NCBI GenBank assembly: GCA_041242255.1
Contig: JBESAV010000001.1
Location: 256,001 to 320,000, forward strand
Origin: Candidatus Altimarinota bacterium
GTDB lineage: Bacteria; Patescibacteriota; Gracilibacteria; UBA1369; GCA-2718715
Length of the DNA: 64,000 nt
Direction of reading: 5' to 3'
Shown here: positions 18,530 to 29,794 of the stretch, piece after piece
Position numbering within the stretch: position 1 is the stretch's first letter
How the letters are laid out: every line of letters starts with the position of its first letter
Translations under genes and position numbers: made by a program
Notes under the pieces: generated by a model
What the model saw: only the letters and a program-made list of their open reading frames with translations
What the model was told of the DNA's origin: nothing
Databases searched by the model: none

Positions 18530-21418
18530 CTACATTATTTTCTTCAACCATTGAGCTGTATAGGTATCGCTATTCTTTACAACTTCTTCAGGACTACCCT
18601 CAGCAACAATCATTCCTCCATGATCACCACCGTCAGGCCCAAGATCAATAATATGATCTACAGTTTTCACAACATCCAGGTTATGTTCGATAACTAAAAC
18701 AGTATTTCCAAGGTCAGCTAAAGTATGCAAAACCTCCAAGAGTTTAGACACATCTTGAAAGTGCAATCCAGTCGTAGGTTCATCAAGCACGTATAAGGTC
18801 TTACCAGTAGATCTTTTAGAAAGCTCAGTTGCTAGTTTAACCCTTTGCGCTTCACCACCAGATAAAGTATTAGCTTGCTGTCCAAGATGAATGTAATCCA
18901 AACCAACAGATTTAAGAGTTTCTAACTTATTTTTTATTGAAGGGATCGCATTGAAAAACTCATAACCTTCTTCAACTGTCATACTCAAGATATCAGCAAT
19001 ATTTTTACCTCTATAGGTTATCTCTAATGTCTCAGCATTATATCTTTTACCATCACAAACTTCACAAGTAACATGAACATCAGGCAAGAAATGCATCTCA
19101 ATTTTCTTAACTCCATCTCCACTACAAGCTTCACATCTTCCACCTTTTACATTAAAGCTAAATCGACCAATTTTATAACCTCTAAGTTTAGCCTCATTAG
19201 TTTGTGCCATAAGTTTTCTTATGTCAGTAAATACTCCAGTATAAGTTGCTGGATTAGATCTTGGAGTTCTACCGATAGGGGACTGATCAATATTGATAAC
19301 TTTATCGACATGTTCAAGTCCAGATATCTTTTTGTAAGCTCCAGGCCTAGCTTTTGATCTTTTGTTTACACTTTTTGCAGCTGCTTTCAAAAGAATCTCA
19401 TTAACGAGCGTGGATTTTCCAGAACCAGAAACACCAGTCACAGCAATAAACTTACCAAGCGGAAATTTAACCGAAACATCTTTCAGATTATTCTCACTAG
19501 CTTTCTCAATTTCAATAAATTTACCATTACCTTTTCTTCTATCTTCAGGAACTTCAAATTTAAGTCTACCTGAAAGGAAACCTCCCGTTACAGAATTTTC
19601 ATCATCCATTATTTCTTGAGGAGTACCTTCAGATATAACATTTCCTCCATGTTTCCCAGCTCCAGGACCAATATCCAAGATGTGATCCGCGGCCAGCATA
19701 GTATCCATATCATGTTCAACTACTATTACGGTATTACCTAAATCTCTAAGTCCAAGTAGAGTTGTAATTAGTCGGTCATTATCTTTTTGATGTAAACCAA
19801 TAGAAGGTTCATCAAGCACATACAATACTCCTGACAATTTCGAACCAATTTGTGTCGCAAGTCTTATCCTTTGCGCTTCACCACCAGACAGGGTATTTGC
19901 ACTTCTGTTAAGTGATAAGTAACCAAGTCCTACATTCATCAGAAATTCAAGTCGCGACTCAATCTCCATCAAAATCATCTTGGCAATCTCTTGATCAGTT
20001 TTACTCATTTCTAGTGAATCAAAAAACTCAATAGCTTTCTCCACAGAAAGCTCAGTCACATGCATAATCGATTGACCATTAATTAAAACAGACATTACCT
20101 CAGGTCTAAGCCTATTCCCCTTACATACAGGACAAGTCATCTCTTGCATGTAACCTTCAATCTTCCTTCTCGAATATTCACTTTCAGTCTCTCTATATCT
20201 TCTTTCTAGGTTCGGAATAACCCCTTCATAGGTAGTCAGGTAGTCCTGCTGAGTACCTTTAGATGTTATATAATTCACCTCATACTCAATATCATCTGTA
20301 CCATAAAGAACAACTTTTTGTTGTTCAGCAGATAAGCTCTTGAAAGGTTTATCCATAGGAATGTCGTATTTCTCAGCAACTGCTTCAAGTAAGGCAAAGT
20401 ACCATCCACTTCCAGATCCAGACGATGCCCATGGCTGTATAGCCCCCTCCTCTAAAGAAAGTTTAGCATTTGGAACTATCAAGCTTGGTTCAATAACCTG
20501 TTTCGACCCAATCCCATGACACTCAGGACACGCTCCATGTGGCGAGTTAAACGAAAATAGTCTAGGCTCAAGATCTGGAAATTGTATATTCCCTCTGCTT
20601 GAAGAGTAATTCTCTGAAAAATGAATTTCTTCACCTGTGTCATGGTTTTGAATAATCATTCTTCCTTCTCCAAATCTCACTGCAGTCTGAACCGAGTCAG
20701 CCAAACGTGTTCTTTGTGGATTAGGCTCTTGAAGAACCTCTCCATTACTAGTTTTTGTCTCAATGAATTGTTGGAAATTCTTCACAACTAACCTATCAAC
20801 AACAATATCTATCGTATGCTTCTTTTTCTCATCAATCTTCGGTAAATCCACAATGCTATACATCTCACCATCAACTCTTACTCTTATAAAACCTTCACTC
20901 TTAATCTTTTCAAAAAGTCTTTCATGAGAACCTTTTCTATCTTTAATAGCTGGTGCCAATATCAAAATCTTTTGACCTTCAGGCATATCTGCAACAGCAT
21001 CAACCATCTGACTGATAGTTTGCTTAGTTAAAAGCTCACCAGTTTCTGGATCATGTGGCTTACCAACCTTTGCAAATAGAAGCCTCAAATAATCATATAT
21101 TTCAGTTACAGTCCCGACAGTAGAACGAGGATTTCTAGGTGCTGTTTTCTGATCAATCGATATAGCAGGAGACAACCCTTCAATAGCTTCTACATCAGGC
21201 TTTTCAGTGAGTTCCAAAAACTGCCTTGCATAAGTAGAAAGCGATTCAACATATCTCCTCTGACCCTCTGCATAAATAGTATCAAAAGCTAACGTTGACT
21301 TTCCAGAACCAGAAACACCAGTCACAACTGTTAACTTGTTTCTAGGAATAGAAACATCAATGTTTTTTAGATTATGCAATTTCGCACCTTTTACCCTCAA
21401 AAATTTTGGATCACTCAA
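18530..21418 (-). CDS. uvrA: Excinuclease ABC subunit A
   Basis: Two GVSGSGKST Walker A motifs, LSGGEAQR twice, and zinc-finger CxxC pairs; TTG start. Confidence 0.98.
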   Translation of the reverse strand: MSDPKFLRVKGAKLHNLKNIDVSIPRNKLTVVTGVSGSGKSTLAFDTIYAEGQRRYVESLSTYARQFLELTEKPDVEAIEGLSPAISIDQKTAPRNPRSTVGTVTEIYDYLRLLFAKVGKPHDPETGELLTKQTISQMVDAVADMPEGQKILILAPAIKDRKGSHERLFEKIKSEGFIRVRVDGEMYSIVDLPKIDEKKKHTIDIVVDRLVVKNFQQFIETKTSNGEVLQEPNPQRTRLADSVQTAVRFGEGRMIIQNHDTGEEIHFSENYSSSRGNIQFPDLEPRLFSFNSPHGACPECHGIGSKQVIEPSLIVPNAKLSLEEGAIQPWASSGSGSGWYFALLEAVAEKYDIPMDKPFKSLSAEQQKVVLYGTDDIEYEVNYITSKGTQQDYLTTYEGVIPNLERRYRETESEYSRRKIEGYMQEMTCPVCKGNRLRPEVMSVLINGQSIMHVTELSVEKAIEFFDSLEMSKTDQEIAKMILMEIESRLEFLMNVGLGYLSLNRSANTLSGGEAQRIRLATQIGSKLSGVLYVLDEPSIGLHQKDNDRLITTLLGLRDLGNTVIVVEHDMDTMLAADHILDIGPGAGKHGGNVISEGTPQEIMDDENSVTGGFLSGRLKFEVPEDRRKGNGKFIEIEKASENNLKDVSVKFPLGKFIAVTGVSGSGKSTLVNEILLKAAAKSVNKRSKARPGAYKKISGLEHVDKVINIDQSPIGRTPRSNPATYTGVFTDIRKLMAQTNEAKLRGYKIGRFSFNVKGGRCEACSGDGVKKIEMHFLPDVHVTCEVCDGKRYNAETLEITYRGKNIADILSMTVEEGYEFFNAIPSIKNKLETLKSVGLDYIHLGQQANTLSGGEAQRVKLATELSKRSTGKTLYVLDEPTTGLHFQDVSKLLEVLHTLADLGNTVLVIEHNLDVVKTVDHIIDLGPDGGDHGGMIVAEGSPEEVVKNSDTYTAQWLKKIM

Positions 21419-21551
21419 GACTTCTAAATTAGATTTTAGACTTTCCTTAGCCTATCAGTCCCACACTAAATAATCAAATCAAAATTTATCAAGTCAAACT
21501 TTACTCCCCCCTCTAAAAAGGCTAAGATACGAACTAACTTAACAATTAAAA

Positions 21552-22823
21552 ATGAAGCACTTTCGTATCAAAGGTGGCAGAAAGCTATCAGGAAGTATTA
21601 AAGTAAACGGTTCCAAAAATGCAGTTTTACCAATAATTGCAGCCTCACTTCTAACTAACGAAGTTACAACACTAACAAACGTTCCTCATATTGAAGATGT
21701 CTACAAGATTTGTGAACTTCTGAATTCTCTTGGTGTAAATACAGATCTAAAAGACCACACTTTAAAAATTGACCCAACTCAGTTCAAAAACCCAGGTCAC
21801 ATCACAAAGCACGTCGGAAAGATGAGAGCCTCAATGATACTTGCAGGTCCTCTTCTAGCTAGATTTGGTGAAGTAGAGATGAATCATCCAGGTGGGTGTG
21901 TTCTTGGTAAAAGACCACTAGATACTCACATTCGTGGTTTCGAAGCCTTCGGTGCAATTCACGAAGCCGATGACGATAAGTTTAAGCTTACAATTGACGG
22001 AGATCTTCAAGCCCCAAACCTAACTCTTTCTGAAGCCAGTGTAACAGGAACTGAAAACCTCGTAATCCTTGCAGTAGCAACACCTGGTACGACAACTCTT
22101 AAAAACTGTGCCGTAGAGCCACACGTACAAGATATGTGTAATTTCCTAAATAAAATGGGAGCAGACATATCTGGTATTGGAACTAGTGTTCTGACAATCA
22201 ATGGAGGACAAACCCTAAAAGGTGTAGAGTATAGTGTTGTCCCAGATTATCTAGAAGCAGGTACGTTCCTTTTAGCAGGAGCAGTTACAAACAGCCGATT
22301 GAGAGTCGAGGATTTCAATCCAGCCGATTTAGACCTTTTCATTCAAAAAATGAGAGAAGTCGGGGTTGAGATAGAAGTAGGTGATAACTGGGCTGAAGTG
22401 ATTCAAGCCAATGATCTTAAAGCCATTAGAAATGTTAAGACCGCAGTTCATCCTGGTTTCCCAACTGATCTTCTAGCTCCATTCTCTATATTACTTACTC
22501 AAGCTCATGGAGCTAGTCAAATCTATGAAACTCTTTTTGAGGGAAGATTTAGTTACCTTTTTGAGTTAGAAAAAATGGGTGCAAAAGTTTACCTACAAAA
22601 CCCACATCAAGCCTTGATTATAGGGCCTACCAAACTTAAAGGTATGCCTGTAGCAAGTTGCGATATCCGTGCTGGAGCTGCTGTAGTGCTTGCCGCACTA
22701 GCTGCTGAAGGTGAAAGCTTCGTTACAAATATCAACTACATAGACAGAGGTTACCAAGATCTAGATAAAAGGCTTAAAGCCATAGGTGCAGATATTGAAA
22801 GAATAGAGTCTGACACAATTTAA
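21552..22823 (+). CDS. murA: UDP-N-acetylglucosamine 1-carboxyvinyltransferase
   Basis: GSKNAVLP, MRAS, PGGCVLGKRP (catalytic Cys), PGFPTD and DIRAG motifs. Confidence 0.97.
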   Translation: MKHFRIKGGRKLSGSIKVNGSKNAVLPIIAASLLTNEVTTLTNVPHIEDVYKICELLNSLGVNTDLKDHTLKIDPTQFKNPGHITKHVGKMRASMILAGPLLARFGEVEMNHPGGCVLGKRPLDTHIRGFEAFGAIHEADDDKFKLTIDGDLQAPNLTLSEASVTGTENLVILAVATPGTTTLKNCAVEPHVQDMCNFLNKMGADISGIGTSVLTINGGQTLKGVEYSVVPDYLEAGTFLLAGAVTNSRLRVEDFNPADLDLFIQKMREVGVEIEVGDNWAEVIQANDLKAIRNVKTAVHPGFPTDLLAPFSILLTQAHGASQIYETLFEGRFSYLFELEKMGAKVYLQNPHQALIIGPTKLKGMPVASCDIRAGAAVVLAALAAEGESFVTNINYIDRGYQDLDKRLKAIGADIERIESDTI

Positions 22824-22857
22824 AAATCCCTTAACCAACTAAATTTATCATAATTAT

Positions 22858-23706
22858 ATGAAGAAATTAGTTGGTTTTTATTTATCGTTTATTTTATTTG
22901 TTTTTTGGGCACAGTGGCCTCTTATTCAAGCAATAAATTCCTACAGACTTACCTTCTTAAATATTGGGCAGGGTGACTCTGTCCTTATTCAAACTCCCGA
23001 GAACTGCAGAGTACTTATTGATTCAGGTAAGCCAAATCAACTCAAAGACAATCTAATCAATATCCTCCCCTTCAACACAAGGCATATCGATATGATTATA
23101 ATAACTCACCCAGATCTTGATCATTATGGAGGGTTTATAGATTTACCATCCAAGTACAAAATCAGCCTAGCCCTATTATCTCCTCACCATAAAAGTAATT
23201 CCTCTTATAAAAAGCTAATAAGCCAACTAGAAGAAAATAAGGTTATAACCCATAAAATAACTAATCATTACAGCACAGAATTTTGTAGATTAAAGATAAA
23301 CTTCACCTCATTCTCATCAGACTCTGCTAACGGCGCTTCAATAGTTACACATGTTTATTTCCCAACTGGTCATTCGGTATTTTTAGGTGGAGATATAGAA
23401 AAGGAGCAAGAGCATCAGTTACTATTAAGTAATTTTCCTTTAAATTCAGACATTTACAAGTCCAGTCATCATGGTTCCAGTACAAGTAATTCTCATGAAA
23501 TACTCCAAAAAATAAGACCCAACTATATGGTTATACAGTCAGGTCTTCATAATTCTTATGGTCATCCTCACCTTAGCACTTTAAGAGATGCTTTTCAGGA
23601 AGATATAAAAGTACTTAGGAATGATCTACAAGGCCAAATTGATTTTTTCTTCTCAAACCATAGGCACATCCCAAAGCAAAGGTTAGTACTAGAGCTAAAG
23701 AAGTAG
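22858..23706 (+). CDS. Stand-alone ComEC/Rec2-type metallo-beta-lactamase-fold domain protein
   Basis: IGQGDS, THPDLDH, SHHGS, NSYGHPH and RNDLQG motifs. It has a single N-terminal TM helix and no competence channel domain. Confidence 0.85.
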   Translation: MKKLVGFYLSFILFVFWAQWPLIQAINSYRLTFLNIGQGDSVLIQTPENCRVLIDSGKPNQLKDNLINILPFNTRHIDMIIITHPDLDHYGGFIDLPSKYKISLALLSPHHKSNSSYKKLISQLEENKVITHKITNHYSTEFCRLKINFTSFSSDSANGASIVTHVYFPTGHSVFLGGDIEKEQEHQLLLSNFPLNSDIYKSSHHGSSTSNSHEILQKIRPNYMVIQSGLHNSYGHPHLSTLRDAFQEDIKVLRNDLQGQIDFFFSNHRHIPKQRLVLELKK

Positions 23707-25075
23707 CTGGTCCTGTCTCAGCTAGTTCAAATTCAATAACCTGCCCAGCAGTCTCAGATCCATCAGCTACCACACTAATCTTTAGTTGATTATCGGTTCC
23801 AGACTTTAGATCGCTTAAAGTTACAGCGCCATCAGCAGGGTTTACATTGCTTCTGAGAACCGTGAAATTCTCACCATTATCTGTTGAAAGATAAATTCTA
23901 ATCTCACTTACATTCATTTCAGAACTAGGCACGTCCCAAAGAACACGCACTCCGCTCTCTAAGGTTTCAATTCTTAGGTTTTCTAACATAACCATATCCT
24001 GGTCAGGCTCTTCAGTTGTATCATCTTGGGCAACACCCTGGAAGTCTACTATTGAGTTGTCATCAGACATTGTTTGTCCATCAACACTTTCTAAAGCAGT
24101 TAAAATAAGTGAGTAAGTTACAACCTCCTGGCTATCAGTAACCAACAAGTATTTAGATAGGTCTTGGTTGTTTGGTTTAATCTCATTTACTGAAAGGAAT
24201 TGATTTGGATCATTCTTCTTAACAATAGTAAAAGAGCTTAGATCATTTTCATCTAAGTCTAGATCAGCATTAAAGTCTAGTTCAACTGCACTCATACCAT
24301 TTACATTGATCGCTTTAATATTGTCTATTCTCAAACCTGTCATTGCACTGGTAGTATCATCGGAATTAGCCGCATCATACCCGGTGAACTCTTGCGTTCT
24401 TGAGCTCTCTTGGATAGCTTCTCCAGAAGCATTCACAAAAAGCTCACTCAATTCCAATACATACATGCTATTTGGGCTTTGAGCATCAGTATTAACAACT
24501 AGTGTATTATTTTCATTTTCTTTAAGTCTAACCTCAGTTACATTCAAAGTGTTAGATGGCGACTGTAGAAGTCTTATAGTTACTTCCTCTCGTGCATTTT
24601 CAGGTAACACAACTTCTTCAGACATTGTAATCTCAATTCTACCAGCATCAACAACTTCAACTTCATCTACATCAAAGCCTTCTGAAGCAACAGTAGTAGC
24701 ACTTACTTCAGTACTATATTCTTCACTTGCAGATTGGCGGTTTTCACCAAAGGCTATGACAGAGAAGTAATAGGTTGTGTTTGGCGTAAGTCCATCAATT
24801 GTTATCTGGTTCACATCTGTTTCTTCAGGTGGAAGGTTATATGTATCTCCTTGCTGTACAACCGGTTCTGTCCCATATTCCACTGTATATGACTCAGCAA
24901 TTGCAATTTCATCCCATACCAAACTTACAGACTCAGAAGTAGTTTCAGTAACTCCTAGTCCAGTTACATTAAGGTCAGAAGTTTGGGTAACTGATTGAGC
25001 GTTAGCTAAACCAAGACTCATCAAGACTGCCCCAAAAACAAGTCCTGCAGTAGCTTTTTTTACTAATTTATTCAT
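23615..25075 (-). CDS. Secreted fibronectin type III / Ig-like surface protein with an LPXTG-like C-terminal anchor
   Basis: Signal peptide and FN3 motif (VSLVWD...GLTPNTTYYFSVIA). C-terminus is LAETGP, a hydrophobic helix, then RRK. Confidence 0.8.
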   Translation of the reverse strand: MNKLVKKATAGLVFGAVLMSLGLANAQSVTQTSDLNVTGLGVTETTSESVSLVWDEIAIAESYTVEYGTEPVVQQGDTYNLPPEETDVNQITIDGLTPNTTYYFSVIAFGENRQSASEEYSTEVSATTVASEGFDVDEVEVVDAGRIEITMSEEVVLPENAREEVTIRLLQSPSNTLNVTEVRLKENENNTLVVNTDAQSPNSMYVLELSELFVNASGEAIQESSRTQEFTGYDAANSDDTTSAMTGLRIDNIKAINVNGMSAVELDFNADLDLDENDLSSFTIVKKNDPNQFLSVNEIKPNNQDLSKYLLVTDSQEVVTYSLILTALESVDGQTMSDDNSIVDFQGVAQDDTTEEPDQDMVMLENLRIETLESGVRVLWDVPSSEMNVSEIRIYLSTDNGENFTVLRSNVNPADGAVTLSDLKSGTDNQLKISVVADGSETAGQVIEFELAETGPATSLALVLTFALGCAYGLRRKNQFGLVDHS

Positions 25076-25178
25076 TCATCTTTATTAAATCTTTTAATTA
25101 TAACATGAAATGCTACACCTTTAAACCACTTTCTTTACAAATATAAAGATGTATAATCCAGTCAACTAAAGAAAAACA

Positions 25179-26897
25179 ATGCGTTCACCAAAAACAATCA
25201 AAAAACTGATTGCCAGTAGTATTATTGATACCGTAAAAAGCCTTTATCAAATCCAAGTTGACCCCCAAAAAGTCTTTTTCACCTACCCACCAAACTCAGA
25301 TTTAGGTGATTTCTCTTCAAATATTTGTTTACAAATTTCGAAAGAAACTAAGAAAAACCCTGTAGACCTAGCTAATCAACTCTTAGCAAAACTCAGCCTT
25401 CCTGAACAAATCAGAGATGCAGAAGTTGTGAAACCTGGTTTTATAAATTTTAGATACAAAAGTTCCTACTTACAGGAGTATTTATTTCAAAACACTCAGC
25501 TTAAACCAAGGCAAAAGTCCGGCCGAAAAGTCATAGTAGAGTATTCCCAACCAAATATCGCCAAGCCACTTGGAGTTCACCATATTTTATCAACGGTGAT
25601 CGGGGCAACAGTTGCAAATATACTCGAATTCAGAGGTAATGATGTTTTAAGGTATAACTACCTAGGTGACTGGGGAACACAATTCGGAAAAGTCATTGTC
25701 TCTCTCAAAACTTGGGGAGATGTCCAAAAATTAGATTCTTACACAGTTATGGATCTGTTAAATCTATACGTTAAGTTTCACCAAGAAGCAGAATCAAATG
25801 AAGAGCTAAACGATCAGGCTAGACAGGAGCACGTTAAATTAGAAAATAAAGACCCAGAAAATCTTGAGCTTTATCAAAAGATTAAAGAAATATCACTTCG
25901 TGATCTACATAAGGTCTATGAAAAGATTGGAGGTATAGAGTTTGATGTAATGGACAGTGAATATCAACGCCTAGAGGCTCTCCCAGACCTCCTCAAGGAA
26001 GGTAAAAGGCAGAAGATTTTTCAGCCTGGAGAAGGGGACAGCTACATTGTTAAATTTAAAGATGAAAACATTCCACCTCTAGTTGTACAGAAAAGTGATG
26101 GCTCTACACTTTACTCAACCAGGGATATAGCAACAGTGAAGCAAAGAATCCAAGAACATAATCCAGAAAAAATCATTTACATAGTAGACGTAGCTCAGTC
26201 TCTTCACTTTAAACAGTTTTTTGATGCAAGTAAGCGGTTTGATTGGTACAAAGAATCAACTCAGCTTGAGCATTTAGATTTTGGTAGAATGCGCTTCCCT
26301 GACAAAAAAATGAGTACCAGAAAAGGAAATGTTTTAGTACTAGAAGAGGTTTTAGACGAAGCGATTTCTCGATCTCTAGATATAATATCTGAGAAAAACC
26401 CAGACCTTCCAAACAAAGAAGAAGCAGCTCAGAAAATTGGAGTTGGAGCAGTAAAATACTCTATTCTAAGTCAATCCCCTCAGTCTAATGTAGAATTTAC
26501 ATGGCAAAAGATCTTAAGCTTTGACGGTAATTCAGGTCCATATCTTCAATATTCTTACGCACGTACCCAATCAATTTTAAGAAAATTAAAAGAAGATACA
26601 CCAGAAAGCATTGAAAAAGTAAAAATTTCCCAAATTGAAAGAGAGCTTCTTCATAAAATGTTCCAATTCAGAGAGCATTGTCAGGCCGCAGCAGACAAGC
26701 TAAAGCCAAATATCCTTGCAACTTACCTATACGAATTAGCACAAATATTCAGCAAGTTTTATAACGTTTCGCCAATTATCAAAGAAGAAGATAAAAGTCT
26801 AAAAGCATTTAGAATCCAGATTCTAAAACAATACTCAAACACAATCAAAAAAGGACTTCAACTCCTAGGAGGAATCGAAGTCCTGGATGAAATGTAA
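25179..26897 (+). CDS. argS: Arginine-tRNA ligase
   Basis: VEYSQPNIAKP, NYLGDWGTQFG, KSDG..LY.TRD, KMSTRKG and GPYLQYSYAR motifs. Confidence 0.96.
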   Translation: MRSPKTIKKLIASSIIDTVKSLYQIQVDPQKVFFTYPPNSDLGDFSSNICLQISKETKKNPVDLANQLLAKLSLPEQIRDAEVVKPGFINFRYKSSYLQEYLFQNTQLKPRQKSGRKVIVEYSQPNIAKPLGVHHILSTVIGATVANILEFRGNDVLRYNYLGDWGTQFGKVIVSLKTWGDVQKLDSYTVMDLLNLYVKFHQEAESNEELNDQARQEHVKLENKDPENLELYQKIKEISLRDLHKVYEKIGGIEFDVMDSEYQRLEALPDLLKEGKRQKIFQPGEGDSYIVKFKDENIPPLVVQKSDGSTLYSTRDIATVKQRIQEHNPEKIIYIVDVAQSLHFKQFFDASKRFDWYKESTQLEHLDFGRMRFPDKKMSTRKGNVLVLEEVLDEAISRSLDIISEKNPDLPNKEEAAQKIGVGAVKYSILSQSPQSNVEFTWQKILSFDGNSGPYLQYSYARTQSILRKLKEDTPESIEKVKISQIERELLHKMFQFREHCQAAADKLKPNILATYLYELAQIFSKFYNVSPIIKEEDKSLKAFRIQILKQYSNTIKKGLQLLGGIEVLDEM

Positions 26898-26903
26898 TCA
26901 ATA

Positions 26904-27431
26904 TTACTTAGTTGTCTTCAGTCTATAAAGGTTTGCTAATATAATCATAATCCCACATGTCGCAGCCATAGCTGGAATTGTGATATATCCATACATTTTC
27001 ACCCAAACATCTCCACATGATGCATTTTGACCGACAACTCCACATTCTAGCTCTGCACCGCTAAGTTGAGAGTAAGTATGGTAGATAGAAACCAAGAAAG
27101 CTGGAATACTAAGACCAAGATAGTATTTAGGTGCTATCTTATCTTTAGTTAGTAAAGCGATCAAACTCACAATTGCAATCGGATACAAAAATATCCTTTG
27201 AATCCAACATAGTTTGCAAGGTATAAAGTCAAAATATTCTGAATAAGTAAGGCTTCCAGCTATCGCAGCCCAACCAAATGTTGCACAAATCCACTGATAC
27301 TTATCACTAATAAACTGAACTATTTCAGAATTTCTTTTCAATACAATTACACCTATCAATCCAAGGGCAGCAGCTACTTGAGTTATCAGAGCTAAAGTTC
27401 CAATGAAAAGATTATAAAATTCAATATTCAT
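26904..27431 (-). CDS. dsbB: Disulfide bond formation protein DsbB/BdbC family
   Basis: PCKLCWIQR motif, a second Cys pair and multiple TM helices. Confidence 0.85.
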   Translation of the reverse strand: MNIEFYNLFIGTLALITQVAAALGLIGVIVLKRNSEIVQFISDKYQWICATFGWAAIAGSLTYSEYFDFIPCKLCWIQRIFLYPIAIVSLIALLTKDKIAPKYYLGLSIPAFLVSIYHTYSQLSGAELECGVVGQNASCGDVWVKMYGYITIPAMAATCGIMIILANLYRLKTTK

Positions 27432-27433
27432 GA

Positions 27434-27823
27434 TTATGAGTTAGGTAATTCACAACTTGTTTTTTCAGCCAAAAATTCAAGTTCTTGTACACCTGTAACA
27501 ACAGTACCATCGGTAAACTTCCATGTAGGGTAACTTTCGATATCTTCTTCTTCACAAACAGGATTCAATACACCATTCCCGTTTTCATCAGTTAAATTAC
27601 ATTCAACATAAGGTAGTTTGCTTGCCGATCTACCAAACATAGTCTTCTGCATTGCACAGAACTGACATGTATAGCTCCCATAAAATACAGCCCCTTGTTC
27701 TTCAAGACATACTGCAAATTCATCTAATTCTCCTGGTTGATTGAGCGTATAAGCCGCAAAGCCAGCTACTCCAGCAATAGTAGCAACAATCAGTCCAAGA
27801 ACTAATCCAGTAGTAGAATTCAT
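27434..27823 (-). CDS. Membrane-anchored thioredoxin-like protein (VKOR-associated Trx type)
   Basis: N-terminal TM helix; FYGSYTCQFC, YVEC and IESYPTW motifs. Confidence 0.75.
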   Translation of the reverse strand: MNSTTGLVLGLIVATIAGVAGFAAYTLNQPGELDEFAVCLEEQGAVFYGSYTCQFCAMQKTMFGRSASKLPYVECNLTDENGNGVLNPVCEEEDIESYPTWKFTDGTVVTGVQELEFLAEKTSCELPNS

Positions 27824-27857
27824 TTTATCCTATTAAAAATTCTACTAAATCTTACAC

Positions 27858-28535
27858 TTACTTAGGCTTATTTGAAATGATTTTTCCATCCTCAAGTATA
27901 ATCCTTCTATCCCCATAACCATAAAATTCTGGCTCATGACTGATAAGAACTATGGTTTGCCCTGAATCATTAAGTTCCTTAAATAAATCCATAACAATTT
28001 TAGAATTCTCACTATCTAGATTAGCCGTAGGCTCATCCGCAAATAAGATTTTTGGCTCATTTACTATAGCTCTAGCCACCCCAACTCTTTGTTTTTCACC
28101 ACCTGAAAGCTGACTCTCTAAGTTGTTACCTTTATCTCCAATCCCAACCTTATCTAGAACTTCTAAGGATCTTTTGTATGCTTCAGTTTTATCAATTCCT
28201 GCCATCAACAACGGAAGTGCTACATTTTCAACTGCCGTAAGTTCTGGTAGCAAAGCATAGTCTTGGAAAACATATCCAAATTCACTTAATCTAAATTTTA
28301 ACTTTTCCTCCTGACTCTTCTTTCCCCATTCTTCTCCCTCAATCAAAATACTTCCTTCATTTGGTGTATCTAGAAGAGCAAGTTGGTACAGTAGGGTGGA
28401 TTTACCCGCCCCTGATTTACCTGTCAGCATCAAAAACTCTCCTTTCTCTACATTAATATCAACACCTTTTAAAACTGGCACATCAATTTCGCCATTGTGA
28501 TACGTCCGAACTACATTTTTTGCTTGTATAATCAT
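27858..28535 (-). CDS. ABC transporter ATP-binding protein (LolD/MacB type)
   Basis: GKSGAGKST, LSGGEKQRV and ADEPTANLD motifs. Confidence 0.92.
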   Translation of the reverse strand: MIIQAKNVVRTYHNGEIDVPVLKGVDINVEKGEFLMLTGKSGAGKSTLLYQLALLDTPNEGSILIEGEEWGKKSQEEKLKFRLSEFGYVFQDYALLPELTAVENVALPLLMAGIDKTEAYKRSLEVLDKVGIGDKGNNLESQLSGGEKQRVGVARAIVNEPKILFADEPTANLDSENSKIVMDLFKELNDSGQTIVLISHEPEFYGYGDRRIILEDGKIISNKPK

Positions 28536-29794
28536 CTTCCTAAAATAGCATTTAAAGTATTCTCCTTCGTAATCATTCGTGCAGGCACATATCCTGCGAT
28601 GATCGTAGTAATAAATAGTAATAACAATCTAACTACAGTACCTTCAACACTTACAGCTAAGATCCCATCTGAGAAAGGGAAGTCGATAGGATTACGATCA
28701 AAATAAGGTTTTAAAAACCCAAAAGTAATCGCTACCCCTATCGAAGAACCAATCACTGCATAGATCATAGATTGCCAAACATAAGCCATTTCTATTGTAA
28801 GCTTGTTAATACCAATACCCTTCATGATACCAATATATCTACGACGAGTAATCGCATTAATGAAAATCACAATAAATGTAGTAATAGCCGCAACTATCAA
28901 AGCGATACTTCCTATCATGTTCCCCAATAATGAAAAAGTACTAGTAATATCTTCAAAGAAAGTCCCAAGTGAATCCTCCCAATCCAAAATCTGTGCCTTT
29001 TCATCAAACCCCATACTACTCAATGTCGCCACAACTTCATCAGGGGTAGTCTTTGAATAATCAATATTAATCGCAATTTCATTAACTTCTTTCTGACGTC
29101 TATTTAAAATATCCTCAGCCTCGTCTTTTGTCATAAAAACCTTAAGAGACAAGGCCTCAATCTTACCACCAATAATCCCTTTAACTGTATACTCTCGCGA
29201 AACATCCCCAACCAATATTCGTATCTTATCACCAACCCCAACCCCAGATACCGTATATCTTTCGGCCTCAGGGATACTCAGGTTTTCTCTGATTAGGTTG
29301 GATCCCATCAACACAAATCTATCATCACCATCCTCTAGGTACTCACCCTCCATCATAAACCTACTGATGTCCATTACCTCATCTTCAATCTCTGGATCAA
29401 TCCCAGCAAACCTCATCCCCGTACTATCTATTGGTTCATATGGGTTCGTTCTATCTCTGTAACCTGCCTGAATAATCCCATCACCAATGTAACGACTAGT
29501 CAAAGCTTCAACCCCGGGTATGCTCAAAGCAGACTGCTGTAACTGATCACTATCTAAGATATACTCTTCTGTGACTAAATTTTTAACAAGCACATCTCCA
29601 GAATAATATTCCCGAACTAATTTCGTAGCACCTTCAATCAATCCAACCAAAACACCACTCACAAAAACCAGGTTCAAGAAGGTCAACATCATAACTGATA
29701 TAATCAAAACGTGAGACCACTTACTGGTCCGCCTTAACTGCCGGTTAGCTAGAAACCATGAGGTAGATAAAGCATTTTTAATCATTTGATCCAT
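28532..29794 (-). CDS. ABC transporter permease (MacB/FtsX/LolE type)
   Basis: One TM helix, a large extracytoplasmic domain and three TM helices; RRYIGIMKGIG motif; ATGA overlap with the ATPase. Confidence 0.85.
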   Translation of the reverse strand: MDQMIKNALSTSWFLANRQLRRTSKWSHVLIISVMMLTFLNLVFVSGVLVGLIEGATKLVREYYSGDVLVKNLVTEEYILDSDQLQQSALSIPGVEALTSRYIGDGIIQAGYRDRTNPYEPIDSTGMRFAGIDPEIEDEVMDISRFMMEGEYLEDGDDRFVLMGSNLIRENLSIPEAERYTVSGVGVGDKIRILVGDVSREYTVKGIIGGKIEALSLKVFMTKDEAEDILNRRQKEVNEIAINIDYSKTTPDEVVATLSSMGFDEKAQILDWEDSLGTFFEDITSTFSLLGNMIGSIALIVAAITTFIVIFINAITRRRYIGIMKGIGINKLTIEMAYVWQSMIYAVIGSSIGVAITFGFLKPYFDRNPIDFPFSDGILAVSVEGTVVRLLLLFITTIIAGYVPARMITKENTLNAILGR

